DNA of 64,000 bases from Kiritimatiellia bacterium (lineage in GTDB: Bacteria; Verrucomicrobiota; Kiritimatiellia; RFP12; JBMNHG01): contig JBMNHG010000008.1 in NCBI GenBank assembly GCA_050950285.1, forward strand, positions 496,001-560,000, read 5' to 3'. The position numbers and the translations under genes were made by a program. Shown here in pieces: positions 54,922-64,000 of the stretch (within the stretch, counting starts at the first letter, position 1; each line of letters starts with the position of its first letter). The notes beneath the pieces were generated by a model. It made no database searches, was not told where the DNA came from, and worked only from the letters and a program-made list of their open reading frames with translations.

Positions 54922-57519
54922 ATGAGGGCAAAAGACCGAATTCGAAGGCTCCTTCTTCTGGCTTGCGCGGGACTGGCAGTGCTCCCCGCGCTTGCGGACG
55001 TCCACGTGCAGGTGCAGGCGGATCGAAACCAAATCTATCTGGGCGAGTCGTTCCTGCTTTATGTGAAGCTTTCCGGGGACGAGGCGGGCGAGGCCGAGCT
55101 CGATCTTTCGCGGCTTCCCCCCGCGGAGATGGAGCGCTACGGCGCACAGCGCAGCCAGTCGATGACCATCGTCAACGGGAAGGTCACGCGCGACACTTCG
55201 GTTTCCTATCCCATCGCCGTCCGGCCCAAGGAGGCGGGCGCCTACCGGACGGGTCCGGTGCGCGTCACGGCGGGCGGACGCACCCTCCAGGCGGAAGGCC
55301 CGGTGGTCTCCGTGACCGGCATCGAGGCGCAGGACGTCGTGCGGGTGTCGGTTGCCGCATCGGGCGACACGCTGCTTGTGGACGAGCCTTTCACGGTGAC
55401 CCTCACCCTGTCGGTGGCGGCCATCCCCTTGCCCTATGAGCGCGTCGAACCCTTTTCCCCGAGCCTTCCCCCGCATCTCGACGTGGATTTCCTGGATCCG
55501 GCGGAGGTGCGGGGTCTCCAGGGGCCGGACATCGCCGCGAAGTTGAATGCGCTGGTCTCCCGAAAGAACCGCGAGCCGGCCTTCACGATCAACGACTACC
55601 GCTCGCGCGGGATGGGGTTTTTCGGCATGGGCATGCCGTTCCAGGAAGACCCCGTCCGCTTCCGTTTCCCTCCGAAGCGTCTCGATTCGCCGGAAGGGCC
55701 GCGCTGGGAGTATTCCGTCACGCTGGACTACGTGGCGAAGCGGGAAGGCGACTACACCTTCGGCCCGGCCACCTTCAAGGGGAAGGTCATCACCGGCGCG
55801 GACGCGGGCGGCAATGCGTTGTTCCGCGACGTCTTCGCCGTGGGGCCTGCCGCGACGGTGCGCGTGGTGCCGCCGCCCGAGGAGGGTCGTCCCGACTGTT
55901 TCGTGGGGAGCGTGGGCCGAGGGATGACGGTCCGCGCCGAACTGGACGCGAACGACTGCAAGGTGGGCGATCCGCTCCTGCTCGACATCCACGTCGCCGG
56001 CGCGATTTCGCTCGACAACCTTCGTCCTCCGGTGCTTTCCATCCAGCCCGGGATCGTGGAGGACTTCCGTGTGTACGAGGACGAGGTGGACAGCTCCCCC
56101 GTTCCCGGCGGCCGCCGCTTCCGCTACCGCGTGCGTCCGCTTCGCGCGGGGACCCTTGAATTTCCGCCTGTGGAAATCGCCTATTACGACATCGGGAAGA
56201 GGGGCTATGAAATCGTCCGGACGGACCCGATCCCCTTGCAGGTCCATGCCACGACGCAGATCGCGAGCGAACCGTTCGAGGAACCCGGCAACGGTGGCGA
56301 GGATGGCGCGGAGCCGGACGCTTCGCCTGCCCCTGCCGGGATCACGCTTTCTCCGGAGGGGGCTGGCGTGCAGCCGTTGCTGCCGCCCCTTCGCCGGATG
56401 GTTGCGATGCTCGCGATTCCGCCGGCGGCGGTTCTTTTCGCCGGCCTGCTGGGCGCGCTCCGGCGTTCGCGCGAACGCTGGGTCCGCCTCTTCGTCCGGG
56501 GGCGCGCGCGGCCTCGCGCCCTGCGCGGGATTTCGGCGGCGCGCCGCGAGTGCGCCGGGGACGGCGCCGCGATGGCGGAAGGCTTTTCCGCCGCGTTGCG
56601 GTCGTTCGTCGGCACCCGGTGCAAGGTCGAAGGGCGCGCCTTGTCGCCGGGCGAAGTGGCGGCGCATCTTCGTGCCGCCGGCGTCCCCGGCGAAACCGCG
56701 GAAGAGGCGGCGTCCCTTCTTTCACGCCTCGACGCCTGCGCCTTCCAGCGGGGGAGCGTCAGCCCGGAGGAGGTCGCCGCGCTCGAACCGGCCCTGGGCG
56801 CGCTGCTGGCCCGCCTGGAGAAGCGGTCGCGGAAAGTCCGCGGCGGGGGCGCCGCCCTTGTGCTGCTGCTGCTCGTCGTCTCCTCCGCGACGCCGCTTGC
56901 CGCCGGGGATGCGCGGATGCGCTTCTCGTGGGACCGCGCGAACCTCGCCATGGCGCGGGCGTCGACCCCCGAAGCGTATCACGAAGCGGCGCTTCTCTAT
57001 GCGGAGATGGTGGAAGAAGGCGCGCGCAATGCGCCCCTGTTCGAAAACCTCGGCACCGCGCTGCTGCTGTCGGGCGACGCGGCGGGCGCCCGCGAGGCCT
57101 TCGCCCGCGCGGCGCGCTATGGGGGGGCCACGCCCGCGCTGGGGCGGAACCTGCGTCTCGCGGAGGCTGCGGTGCAGGGGCGCGACAATGCGTCCATCCC
57201 GTGGACGCACGTGGTCTTCTTCTGGCACCACGGGCTTTCGACGCGCGTGCGCGCGGACATCGCCCTCGCCGCCTGGGCCCTGCTCTGGCTGGGCGTCCTG
57301 ATCGCCCGCCCCTTCCGCCGCCGCGCGGGTGTTCCGGACGGATCCACGGGTTCGGCCGGCCGCGTCCTGATCTTCGCCGGCGCCTTCTTTTCGCTGGTCT
57401 TCGGGGTGAGCGTCCTTCTCAGCTGCCTCAACGAGCGGCATGCCGCGAATCCCGTGCCGGCGGCGGTGGCGGAGGCGGAAGCCGCCGCCGCGCAAGTCCC
57501 GGAGCCTGCGGGCGGCTGA
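54922..57519 (+). CDS. batD: BatD-family protein fused to a BatE-like TPR/membrane module
   Basis: Signal peptide, DRNQIYLGESF, SQSMTIVNG, VGDPLLL, PLRAGTLEFPPVEIAYYD, TM; then TPR-like LFENLGTALLLSGD...AFARA and further TMs. Confidence 0.7.
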   Translation: MRAKDRIRRLLLLACAGLAVLPALADVHVQVQADRNQIYLGESFLLYVKLSGDEAGEAELDLSRLPPAEMERYGAQRSQSMTIVNGKVTRDTSVSYPIAVRPKEAGAYRTGPVRVTAGGRTLQAEGPVVSVTGIEAQDVVRVSVAASGDTLLVDEPFTVTLTLSVAAIPLPYERVEPFSPSLPPHLDVDFLDPAEVRGLQGPDIAAKLNALVSRKNREPAFTINDYRSRGMGFFGMGMPFQEDPVRFRFPPKRLDSPEGPRWEYSVTLDYVAKREGDYTFGPATFKGKVITGADAGGNALFRDVFAVGPAATVRVVPPPEEGRPDCFVGSVGRGMTVRAELDANDCKVGDPLLLDIHVAGAISLDNLRPPVLSIQPGIVEDFRVYEDEVDSSPVPGGRRFRYRVRPLRAGTLEFPPVEIAYYDIGKRGYEIVRTDPIPLQVHATTQIASEPFEEPGNGGEDGAEPDASPAPAGITLSPEGAGVQPLLPPLRRMVAMLAIPPAAVLFAGLLGALRRSRERWVRLFVRGRARPRALRGISAARRECAGDGAAMAEGFSAALRSFVGTRCKVEGRALSPGEVAAHLRAAGVPGETAEEAASLLSRLDACAFQRGSVSPEEVAALEPALGALLARLEKRSRKVRGGGAALVLLLLVVSSATPLAAGDARMRFSWDRANLAMARASTPEAYHEAALLYAEMVEEGARNAPLFENLGTALLLSGDAAGAREAFARAARYGGATPALGRNLRLAEAAVQGRDNASIPWTHVVFFWHHGLSTRVRADIALAAWALLWLGVLIARPFRRRAGVPDGSTGSAGRVLIFAGAFFSLVFGVSVLLSCLNERHAANPVPAAVAEAEAAAAQVPEPAGG

Positions 57520-57541
57520 AAAAAACGGCGCGCCGTTTTTT
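57519..57541. terminator. Palindromic putative bidirectional terminator between convergent genes
   Basis: A7-CGGCGCGCCG-T6. Confidence 0.55.
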
Positions 57542-57546
57542 GCGGG

Positions 57547-59586
57547 CTACCGGAGAACCCGGAGGCGGAGGAGCGCGCTGGCGCGCGGGCGGCCGAGGCG
57601 GATGGGGATGCCTTCGCGCAGGGCGGAGCCGGGGAGCGTCCGGATGGCGCCGGTGTCGGCGTCGGCGACTTCGTAGGTCGCGGCGGGGTCGGCGAAGGGC
57701 AGGCGCGCGGTGAAGGCATCCGCCTGCGCCTCCTCCATGCGGAAGGCGAGCACGAGGCTTTCGCCGAGGTCGGGCGCGTCGTACGCGAAGACGGTCCAGC
57801 TTTTCCGCGAGAGGTTGTGATGCCAGGGCGTCAGCACGTAGAAGTCGCGGGTGAGCAGGTGCCGCACGCTCTTCCACTCGGCGAAATTCCGGCGCATCAG
57901 ATCGAAGTCGAGGTCGGGGTTGTGGGTGAAGGCTTCGCCGAAGTTGTAGATGGGCAGGAAAGAGGCGCGCGCCGTGTAGGCGTCGCTGCCGGCGCCCGTG
58001 CTGGCCTCGAGCTGCGTGGCGGTCTCCTTGGTCGCCGAACCGTGGAAGGGGATCCACTTGCAGAAGGTGGAGGTCTGCGAGAGGCGCATGGAGGACGATG
58101 TGCGGTCGTAGTCGCTCCGCATCATCGGGAAGCCGCGGCGCATCGATTCGATGTCGTTGCGTCCTCCGCCGGAGGCGCAGGAATCCACGTACGGGCACTT
58201 CCCGTTCGCGGCGCAGTAGGCGATGATGCCGTCCCAGAGCGCGTAGTGGCCCTGGATGCACTTGTTCTCGTTCACGCCGCGGCGTTTGAGGCCGGGATGG
58301 GCGGCCTCGTCGCGGTCGTCGAGGCGGGACCAGGAGCCGGCGGGGTCGGAGTTGTTGTCCTCGCGGTACATGTCCACCGCGTTCTCGTCCATCATTTTGA
58401 CGATGCGCCCGAGCGTCCAGGCGAGGCAGTCGGGGTCGCCGAGGTTGCTGGTGACGCACCATCCGCTGTCCACGCCCCATCCGGGGTTGTATCCGAAGTT
58501 CGCGGCGAGGTCTTCCACGTGGGTGACGCGCTCGGGCTCGAACCAGGCGAAGACCTTCATGCCGAGGGCGTGGCAGGCTTCGTTGGAGTCGCGGAAGGAG
58601 GTTCCGGGCCACTTTTCCCTGTCGAGTTCCCAGGCGCCGACGGTTCCCCACCAGTCGCTTTCGACGGTGTTGCCGGCCGGATCGACGTACCATCCGGCGT
58701 CGAACCAGCGGAAGTCGGCGACCATGCCCTCGGCGGCGAGGCGGTCGAGGGTGGGCTTCCACGTGAACCAGCGTTCGGAGATGCTGCCGTCGGAGTTGGG
58801 GAGGCCGGTATCGCTGGCGAAGCCGACGGTGGAGAAGGGCTGGAGCGGCGTGCCGCCGGCGTCGGCCTTGGGCAGGTTGTACTTCAGGAACCATTCGCGC
58901 CAGAGGTTTGTGGCGTCGTCGGCGTTGCGGCCCTTGTACGGGAGCATCACGACGAGGCCGGTGCGGATCGTTTCGCCGGGGAGGAGCGCGGCTTCGAGGC
59001 CGAGGCAGGTTTTGGCCCAGAGGGAGACGACGTCGTCATGCGCCGCGAAGAGGGCCTCCCACGTGCCTGCCCAGCCGAGGGCGACGAGCGTTCCGCCGTC
59101 GCCGTGCACGAGGTCGAAGTACGGGAAGACGATGTGGGTGGCGCGGCCGTTGGTGGAGAGGAAATGGCGGTCGGCCTTGAGGAGGTCGTGCTCGTAGGCG
59201 GCGTAGAAGTTTTCGTGGTCGCCGAGGCATCCGCGCAACACGGGGTCGCCGCCGGGGAAGTCGATGTCGAGGGCGCGCACGTCTTCCAGGGTCTTCGAGG
59301 GACGGTCGCCCGTGTTTTCGAACCACACGGTGTACTCCATCTCGCCGAACTCGGCGCAGAAGGCGGCTTCGACGCGCGCTTCGAGCACGTCGTCGAGGCG
59401 GAAGCGCAGGGTGGCCTTGCGGCCCGCCGGCGTGGCGGAGACGGTGCTTCCCGTGAACTCGGCGCCCGCGAAGGATCGGCGGGGTTTCCCGTCGTAGGTG
59501 AAGGAGACGGGGAGTTTCGCGGGGTCGAGCAGCAGCGACTCGAACTGCTTGCGGGCCGCATCGAGATGCAAGGCGTTCTTGGACAT
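57547..59586 (-). CDS. Alpha-galactosidase-like glycoside hydrolase (GH36-like)
   Basis: LGWAGTW, WFDAGWY, WFEPERV, NLGDP, YREDNN, DSCASGGGRND, RSD. Confidence 0.85.
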   Translation of the reverse strand: MSKNALHLDAARKQFESLLLDPAKLPVSFTYDGKPRRSFAGAEFTGSTVSATPAGRKATLRFRLDDVLEARVEAAFCAEFGEMEYTVWFENTGDRPSKTLEDVRALDIDFPGGDPVLRGCLGDHENFYAAYEHDLLKADRHFLSTNGRATHIVFPYFDLVHGDGGTLVALGWAGTWEALFAAHDDVVSLWAKTCLGLEAALLPGETIRTGLVVMLPYKGRNADDATNLWREWFLKYNLPKADAGGTPLQPFSTVGFASDTGLPNSDGSISERWFTWKPTLDRLAAEGMVADFRWFDAGWYVDPAGNTVESDWWGTVGAWELDREKWPGTSFRDSNEACHALGMKVFAWFEPERVTHVEDLAANFGYNPGWGVDSGWCVTSNLGDPDCLAWTLGRIVKMMDENAVDMYREDNNSDPAGSWSRLDDRDEAAHPGLKRRGVNENKCIQGHYALWDGIIAYCAANGKCPYVDSCASGGGRNDIESMRRGFPMMRSDYDRTSSSMRLSQTSTFCKWIPFHGSATKETATQLEASTGAGSDAYTARASFLPIYNFGEAFTHNPDLDFDLMRRNFAEWKSVRHLLTRDFYVLTPWHHNLSRKSWTVFAYDAPDLGESLVLAFRMEEAQADAFTARLPFADPAATYEVADADTGAIRTLPGSALREGIPIRLGRPRASALLRLRVLR

Positions 59587-59656
59587 GGCGGAGGTCTCCG
59601 GGAAGCGGACGATCGGGCGGGGATGGCGGCGGGCCGCGCGGCGGGCCGCGGAAGCG

Positions 59657-60496
59657 TCAGAGCAGGAGGGAGAGCTGCACGGCGAGGGAGAGGTCTTCCT
59701 TCTCGGCGCCCGGGGCCGGGGTGTTGTCGTAGGCGTACTGGAAGACGACGCCGAGCTTGAGGGTGGTGGTCATCGCGGCGTCGGCGCCGATCCTGGCGGT
59801 CACGAGGTAGTCGTCGGAGTCGTCGAAGCTGCAGATGCAGGAGACGTCTTCCCAGAGGGAGGCCGTCTCGGAGAGGGCGTAGGTGGCACGCTCGCCGAAG
59901 AGGTAGGTGGCGTAGTTGTCCGTAACGCCGTCGACCTGCTCCCGGAGGAAGCCCACGCCGGCCTGTGCGGAGAGACGGAAGGCGCCGGTGTCGGCCAGGA
60001 AGGCGCCGGCGCCGGCGCTGGGCATGGCGCGGTAGTCGATGTCGGCGATGTCGTCGGTGAGCAGCAGGCCGTCCACGAAGAGGAAGGGCTTGCCGAAGCG
60101 GCGCTTGTAGCCGAGGAGGAGTTTGGCGTTGTCGATGTTCTTTTCCGTGTAGGAGGCACCGTCGGCGCCGGTCTGTTCGGCCTCGCCGTAGGCCGCCTCG
60201 GCCGACCCGTTGAAGAGGTTGTCGCCGACGAGCTTTTCGGTGGCGAGCCGGGTGTTGGCGACGAGCGTGTCTTTGTTGCCGCGGGTTATGGAGCCTCCGA
60301 AGGAGAAGGTGGTGGTCCACTCCTTGGGGCCATCGAGGGCCTTTCCGTCCTCGAGGGCGGCCTGGATGGCGGAAGCGGTGCCGGCAACAGCGGTGCCGGC
60401 GGGGGGGACGGCGGCGGGGGGGACGGGGACGGCGGTCTGGGCGAAGAGGGCAGGAGCGACGAGGAGGGCGGCGAAGAGGGCAATGGAGTGCTTCAT
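59657..60496 (-). CDS. DUF481/YdiY-like outer-membrane beta-barrel protein
   Basis: Signal peptide, GGSITRGNKDT, DDIADIDYR, YDNTPAPG..KED, amphipathic C-terminal strand. Confidence 0.8.
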   Translation of the reverse strand: MKHSIALFAALLVAPALFAQTAVPVPPAAVPPAGTAVAGTASAIQAALEDGKALDGPKEWTTTFSFGGSITRGNKDTLVANTRLATEKLVGDNLFNGSAEAAYGEAEQTGADGASYTEKNIDNAKLLLGYKRRFGKPFLFVDGLLLTDDIADIDYRAMPSAGAGAFLADTGAFRLSAQAGVGFLREQVDGVTDNYATYLFGERATYALSETASLWEDVSCICSFDDSDDYLVTARIGADAAMTTTLKLGVVFQYAYDNTPAPGAEKEDLSLAVQLSLLL

Positions 60497-60664
60497 GGCA
60501 TTTCTTGCGGATGGATGGGGTGGGGGGAAAGCACAGGGATGAAAGCACAGGGGGAAGCCCTTTGCCAACTGTTTTCCGTGTGCTATCCTTACGTCTGCCC
60601 GCCTGCAGGACGGAATTTCGCAAGACGCGTTCCGCCGCGGGCGCCAATTGCAAAGGAACTTGTC

Positions 60665-62860
60665 ATGAGCGAACCCGCGACGCGCACCTGGACCGCCCGC
60701 TGGATCACCGCCGGCACCCTTGCCGCCGACGCTCCAGCGCCCTATCTCCGGAAGACCTTCACGCTGGAGGCGAAGCCCGCCGAAGCCACGCTGTTCCTCT
60801 GCTCCGCCGGCTGGCACGAGGTGTACGTGAACGGCGAGAAGATCGACGACCGCGTGCTCGCGCCGGTGGCCACGCAGTTCGACCGCCGCATCTCGTACAT
60901 CGCCTACGATGCGGCACCGCTGCTTCGCGCCGGGAAGAACGCCATCGTCGTGCTTCTTGGCAACGGCTGGTACAACTGCTTCACCGAGAATGTCTGGCTC
61001 TTCCAGCACGCCAGCTGGCGCTCGTCGCCGAAGATGCTGTGCGAACTGGTTGTGGACGGCCGTGTCGCGCTGCGTTCGGACGACACCTGGAAGACGCGCC
61101 CCTCGCCCATCGTCTTCAACGCCCTTCGCAACGGCGAGCACTACGACGCCCGCCTCGAAACGCCCGGCTTCGCCGATCCCGATGCGAGCGAACGCGGCTG
61201 GAAGCGCGTTGCGCGCACGCCTTCGCCCGGCGGCCTCGTGGTGGAGGAAGAGGCCGCGCCCTGCCGCGCCGGCGAACGCTGCAAGCCCGTGAAGCACATC
61301 GTGCTTCCGGACGGCGCCACGGTCTTCGACTTCGGGCGCAACCTCGCCGGGTGGTGCGAAATCGACGTCGCGGGCGAGGCCGGCGCGCGCATCACGCTGG
61401 ATCATGCGGAAAAGGTGCTCCCCAATGGCGACATCGACCCCTCGAACATCGACCTCTTCGTGAAGTCCGGAAAATTCCAGCACGACGAATACGTGCTGGC
61501 GGGCTGCAAAGAAGGCGAATCCTGGCATCCGCGCTTCACCTACCACGGCTTCCAGTACGTGCGCGTCCGCATCGAAGGCGCCGCGGAACTCCGGGCCATC
61601 CGCGCGCGTTTCGTCCACTCCGGCTTCCCCTCGGCGGGATCGTTCTCCTCCTCCTGCGCCGTGCTCGACAAGCTGCAGGAGATCACGCTGCGCTCCTATC
61701 TCTCGAACTTCACCGGCTTCCCCACCGACTGTCCGCACCGCGAGAAGAACGGCTGGACCGGCGATGCCGCCCTCGCGTGCGAAACCGGCCTGTGGAACTT
61801 CCACGCCGCCCCCGGCTACCTCCACTACGCCCAGATGCTGGTGGACACCCAGCGCCCCGACGGCTCGCTCTGCTGCATCGCGCCCACCGCAGGCTGGGGC
61901 TACGAGTGGGGCAACGGACCCACCTGGGACTCGCTCCTCTTCGAAGTGGCCTACCAGCTCTACCGCTTCGAAGGCGACGATACCGCCATCCGCCGCTTCT
62001 ATCCCGCGATGCTCCTCTACCTGCGCTACCTCGACAACATCGCCTGGCGCGGCATCGTCGATTTCGGCCTGGGCGACTGGTGCCCCGCGGATGAATCGCG
62101 CGCCGCCCCCGGCCCCCTCCTCAACACCGGCTACTACTACCTCGACACCCTGCGCACCGCCGCGTTCGCCCGCTTGCTCGGGGAGGATGCCGAAAGCGCC
62201 CGCCTCGCCCGCAACGCCGGAAAAATCCGCGACGCCTTCAACCGGACCTATCACAAGGGAGACGGCCACTACGCCAAGGACGAATGGACCTCGCTCGGCG
62301 CCGCCCTCTTCTTCGGCCTGGCCGAGTCCGAATGGGCGCCGAAGACCGCGAAGCTCCTCGCCGAAGCCGTCCGCGCCAACGCCCACAAGGCCGATTTCGG
62401 CATCCTCGGCGCCAAGTACGTGCCGCGCGTCCTCGCCGCGTACGGCTATGCGGACGACGCCTTCCGGCTGGTGACGCAGACCGACTACCCCGGCTGGGGC
62501 CACTGGGTGGCCCGGGGCGCGACCACGCTGCACGAACAGTGGAACGATTCCGCCTCGCTCAACCACATCATGTTCGGAGACCCCTCCGCCTGGGCCTACG
62601 AGTTCCTCGGCGGCATCCATCCCTCCTTCGAGCATCCCGGCTTCGCGCACGTCCTGCTGCAGCCGATCTTCCCGTCGGACCTCGACCACTTCAAAGCGAA
62701 GCACGACACGCCGCATGGCACGATCCGCGTCTCGTGGAAGCGCGGCGCAAACGGGACGATCGTCTACACGGCGAACCTCCCGAAAGGCGTCACGGCCGAT
62801 GTCCGCCTGCCCGGCACGAGGCAGGAGGGCGTCTCCGGCAAACTCTCGTTCGAAGTCTAG
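60665..62860 (+). CDS. Alpha-L-rhamnosidase (GH78)
   Basis: APYLRKTF, GEHYDARLE, FDFGRN, PRFTYHGFQY, PTDCPHREKNGWTGD, GATTLHEQW, SLNHIMFG; AAGGA RBS. Confidence 0.93.
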   Translation: MSEPATRTWTARWITAGTLAADAPAPYLRKTFTLEAKPAEATLFLCSAGWHEVYVNGEKIDDRVLAPVATQFDRRISYIAYDAAPLLRAGKNAIVVLLGNGWYNCFTENVWLFQHASWRSSPKMLCELVVDGRVALRSDDTWKTRPSPIVFNALRNGEHYDARLETPGFADPDASERGWKRVARTPSPGGLVVEEEAAPCRAGERCKPVKHIVLPDGATVFDFGRNLAGWCEIDVAGEAGARITLDHAEKVLPNGDIDPSNIDLFVKSGKFQHDEYVLAGCKEGESWHPRFTYHGFQYVRVRIEGAAELRAIRARFVHSGFPSAGSFSSSCAVLDKLQEITLRSYLSNFTGFPTDCPHREKNGWTGDAALACETGLWNFHAAPGYLHYAQMLVDTQRPDGSLCCIAPTAGWGYEWGNGPTWDSLLFEVAYQLYRFEGDDTAIRRFYPAMLLYLRYLDNIAWRGIVDFGLGDWCPADESRAAPGPLLNTGYYYLDTLRTAAFARLLGEDAESARLARNAGKIRDAFNRTYHKGDGHYAKDEWTSLGAALFFGLAESEWAPKTAKLLAEAVRANAHKADFGILGAKYVPRVLAAYGYADDAFRLVTQTDYPGWGHWVARGATTLHEQWNDSASLNHIMFGDPSAWAYEFLGGIHPSFEHPGFAHVLLQPIFPSDLDHFKAKHDTPHGTIRVSWKRGANGTIVYTANLPKGVTADVRLPGTRQEGVSGKLSFEV

Positions 62861-62887
62861 GCCTTCCCCAAAGAAAGAGACCCGCCG

Positions 62888-64000
62888 ATGCTCCGGTTGC
62901 CCGTCGCCCTCCTTGTCTTCGCCGCCGCCGCGTCCGCCTTCGCCCTCGAAGGGGAGCTGTCGCTCGACCGCGCGCTCGACACCCCCTCCGTCTGGGCCGA
63001 CGGCGACGAGGTCTTCATGCACGACTTCGCGCCCCTGGGCTTCGCGTTCGCCTCCGGGCGCGACACCGCGCGCTCCACCGACGCCGCGCTGTCGTTCCTC
63101 GGCCATCCCGTGGCGGAGGCCTTCGCGGACTTCCGCGACGGCAAGGTCGTGCGGATGCGCTTCACGGTCTACAACCGCGGCGACGCGGCCGAGGAGCTCG
63201 ACGAGGCCGCCTTCGCCGCGCTCGCCCGGGATCTCGACGACAAGCTCCGGGCATGGGCGGGCCGGGCCGGCCGCCCCCTGTCGGAGGACAGCGGAAGGCA
63301 GCACAAGCGCAGTCGCCAGTGGGGCCGCCGCCCCGTCCACGTGCTGCTGGAGTGGGCCTACACGGCCCCCCCGCGCGGCAGGGACGCCTCCACGCCCTTC
63401 CGTGCCGAATACGTGCGCGTCACGCTGATCCCCTTCAAAGGTTCGAGCGCCGCCTCCTTCACCTCCGCGAAGCAGCAGATCACGGGCTATGGACTCAAGA
63501 AGAACGTGGTGCGCCATCCAAACGGCGATGTGCTGCTGTATGGCGTCCCGATGGTGGACCAGGGGCAGAAGGGCTATTGCGCCGCCGCCACCGCCGAACG
63601 GCTCCTGCGGTACTACGGGCGCCAGATGGACCAGCATGACGTCGCGCGGCTCGCGGATACCGCCCGCGCCAGCGGCACCTCGTCCGACGGCATGCTCCAG
63701 GCCTTCCACGAGATCGCCCGGCAGTACCAGCTCGACGTGAAGAAGCTCCGGGATCCGGACTGGAAGGATTACCAGCGCCTCATCTCCGACTACAACCGGC
63801 AGGCGAAGATGGAACGCCTCCCGCCGCTGCCCGACTACGGAAACGTGCTGGACATCAACCAGCTGTACGCCGACATGGATGCGCTGGCGCTGAAAGGGGC
63901 GCGCCTGCGCCGCAAGACGGATTTCCAGAAGTTCCAGCAGGACATCCGGACCTACATCGGAAACGGCGTGCCGCTCCTCTGGTCGTGCATCGTGGGCAAG
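62888..64000 (+). CDS. Secreted protein with C39-like cysteine peptidase domain (3' partial)
   Basis: Translated from ATG 62888: signal peptide MLRLPVALLVFAAAASAFA, then VPMVDQGQKGYCAAATAERLLRYYG..MDQH; open to the window edge. Confidence 0.7.
   Translation, partial: MLRLPVALLVFAAAASAFALEGELSLDRALDTPSVWADGDEVFMHDFAPLGFAFASGRDTARSTDAALSFLGHPVAEAFADFRDGKVVRMRFTVYNRGDAAEELDEAAFAALARDLDDKLRAWAGRAGRPLSEDSGRQHKRSRQWGRRPVHVLLEWAYTAPPRGRDASTPFRAEYVRVTLIPFKGSSAASFTSAKQQITGYGLKKNVVRHPNGDVLLYGVPMVDQGQKGYCAAATAERLLRYYGRQMDQHDVARLADTARASGTSSDGMLQAFHEIARQYQLDVKKLRDPDWKDYQRLISDYNRQAKMERLPPLPDYGNVLDINQLYADMDALALKGARLRRKTDFQKFQQDIRTYIGNGVPLLWSCIVGK

Noticed and set aside
59498..63709. Extended 1120-aa and 1350-aa ORFs
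   Set aside because: Each is a real gene (60665-62860 and 59657-60496) extended by antisense read-through of its neighbour.

Overview
High-GC bacterial chromosomal window, probably PVC superphylum (Kiritimatiellia/Verrucomicrobiota-like; this is inferred from protein style and gene content, not from a search). Core genes rpoB, rpoC, pnp, rpsO, rpe, an msbA-like ABC transporter and batD alternate with accessory blocks. (1) A stand-alone ketosynthase lacking its catalytic Cys lies between rpoC and pnp. (2) A glycan-utilisation island (about 12.9-31.6 kb) has IclR and XylR regulators, glycoside-hydrolase-like genes and two secreted scaffold-like proteins that share a short C-terminal tail. (3) A nucleotidyltransferase plus small-partner gene pair is cleanly interrupted by an IS1380-family element. 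(4) Further carbohydrate-enzyme genes follow. (5) The most striking block is about 10 kb on the minus strand (44953-54681) with polymorphic-toxin architecture: a ~1360-aa membrane-anchored protein with a low-GC C-terminal domain, frameshifted by one 13-bp tandem duplication; two tandem immunity-like paralogues that differ mainly in one hypervariable window; a second IS1380 without a target duplication; and an orphan HExxH C-terminal fragment coupled to its own partner gene. Window-wide patterns include leaderless-type extended -10 promoters and a recurrent A-tract+CGGCGCGCCG motif. No rRNA, tRNA or CRISPR array was seen.
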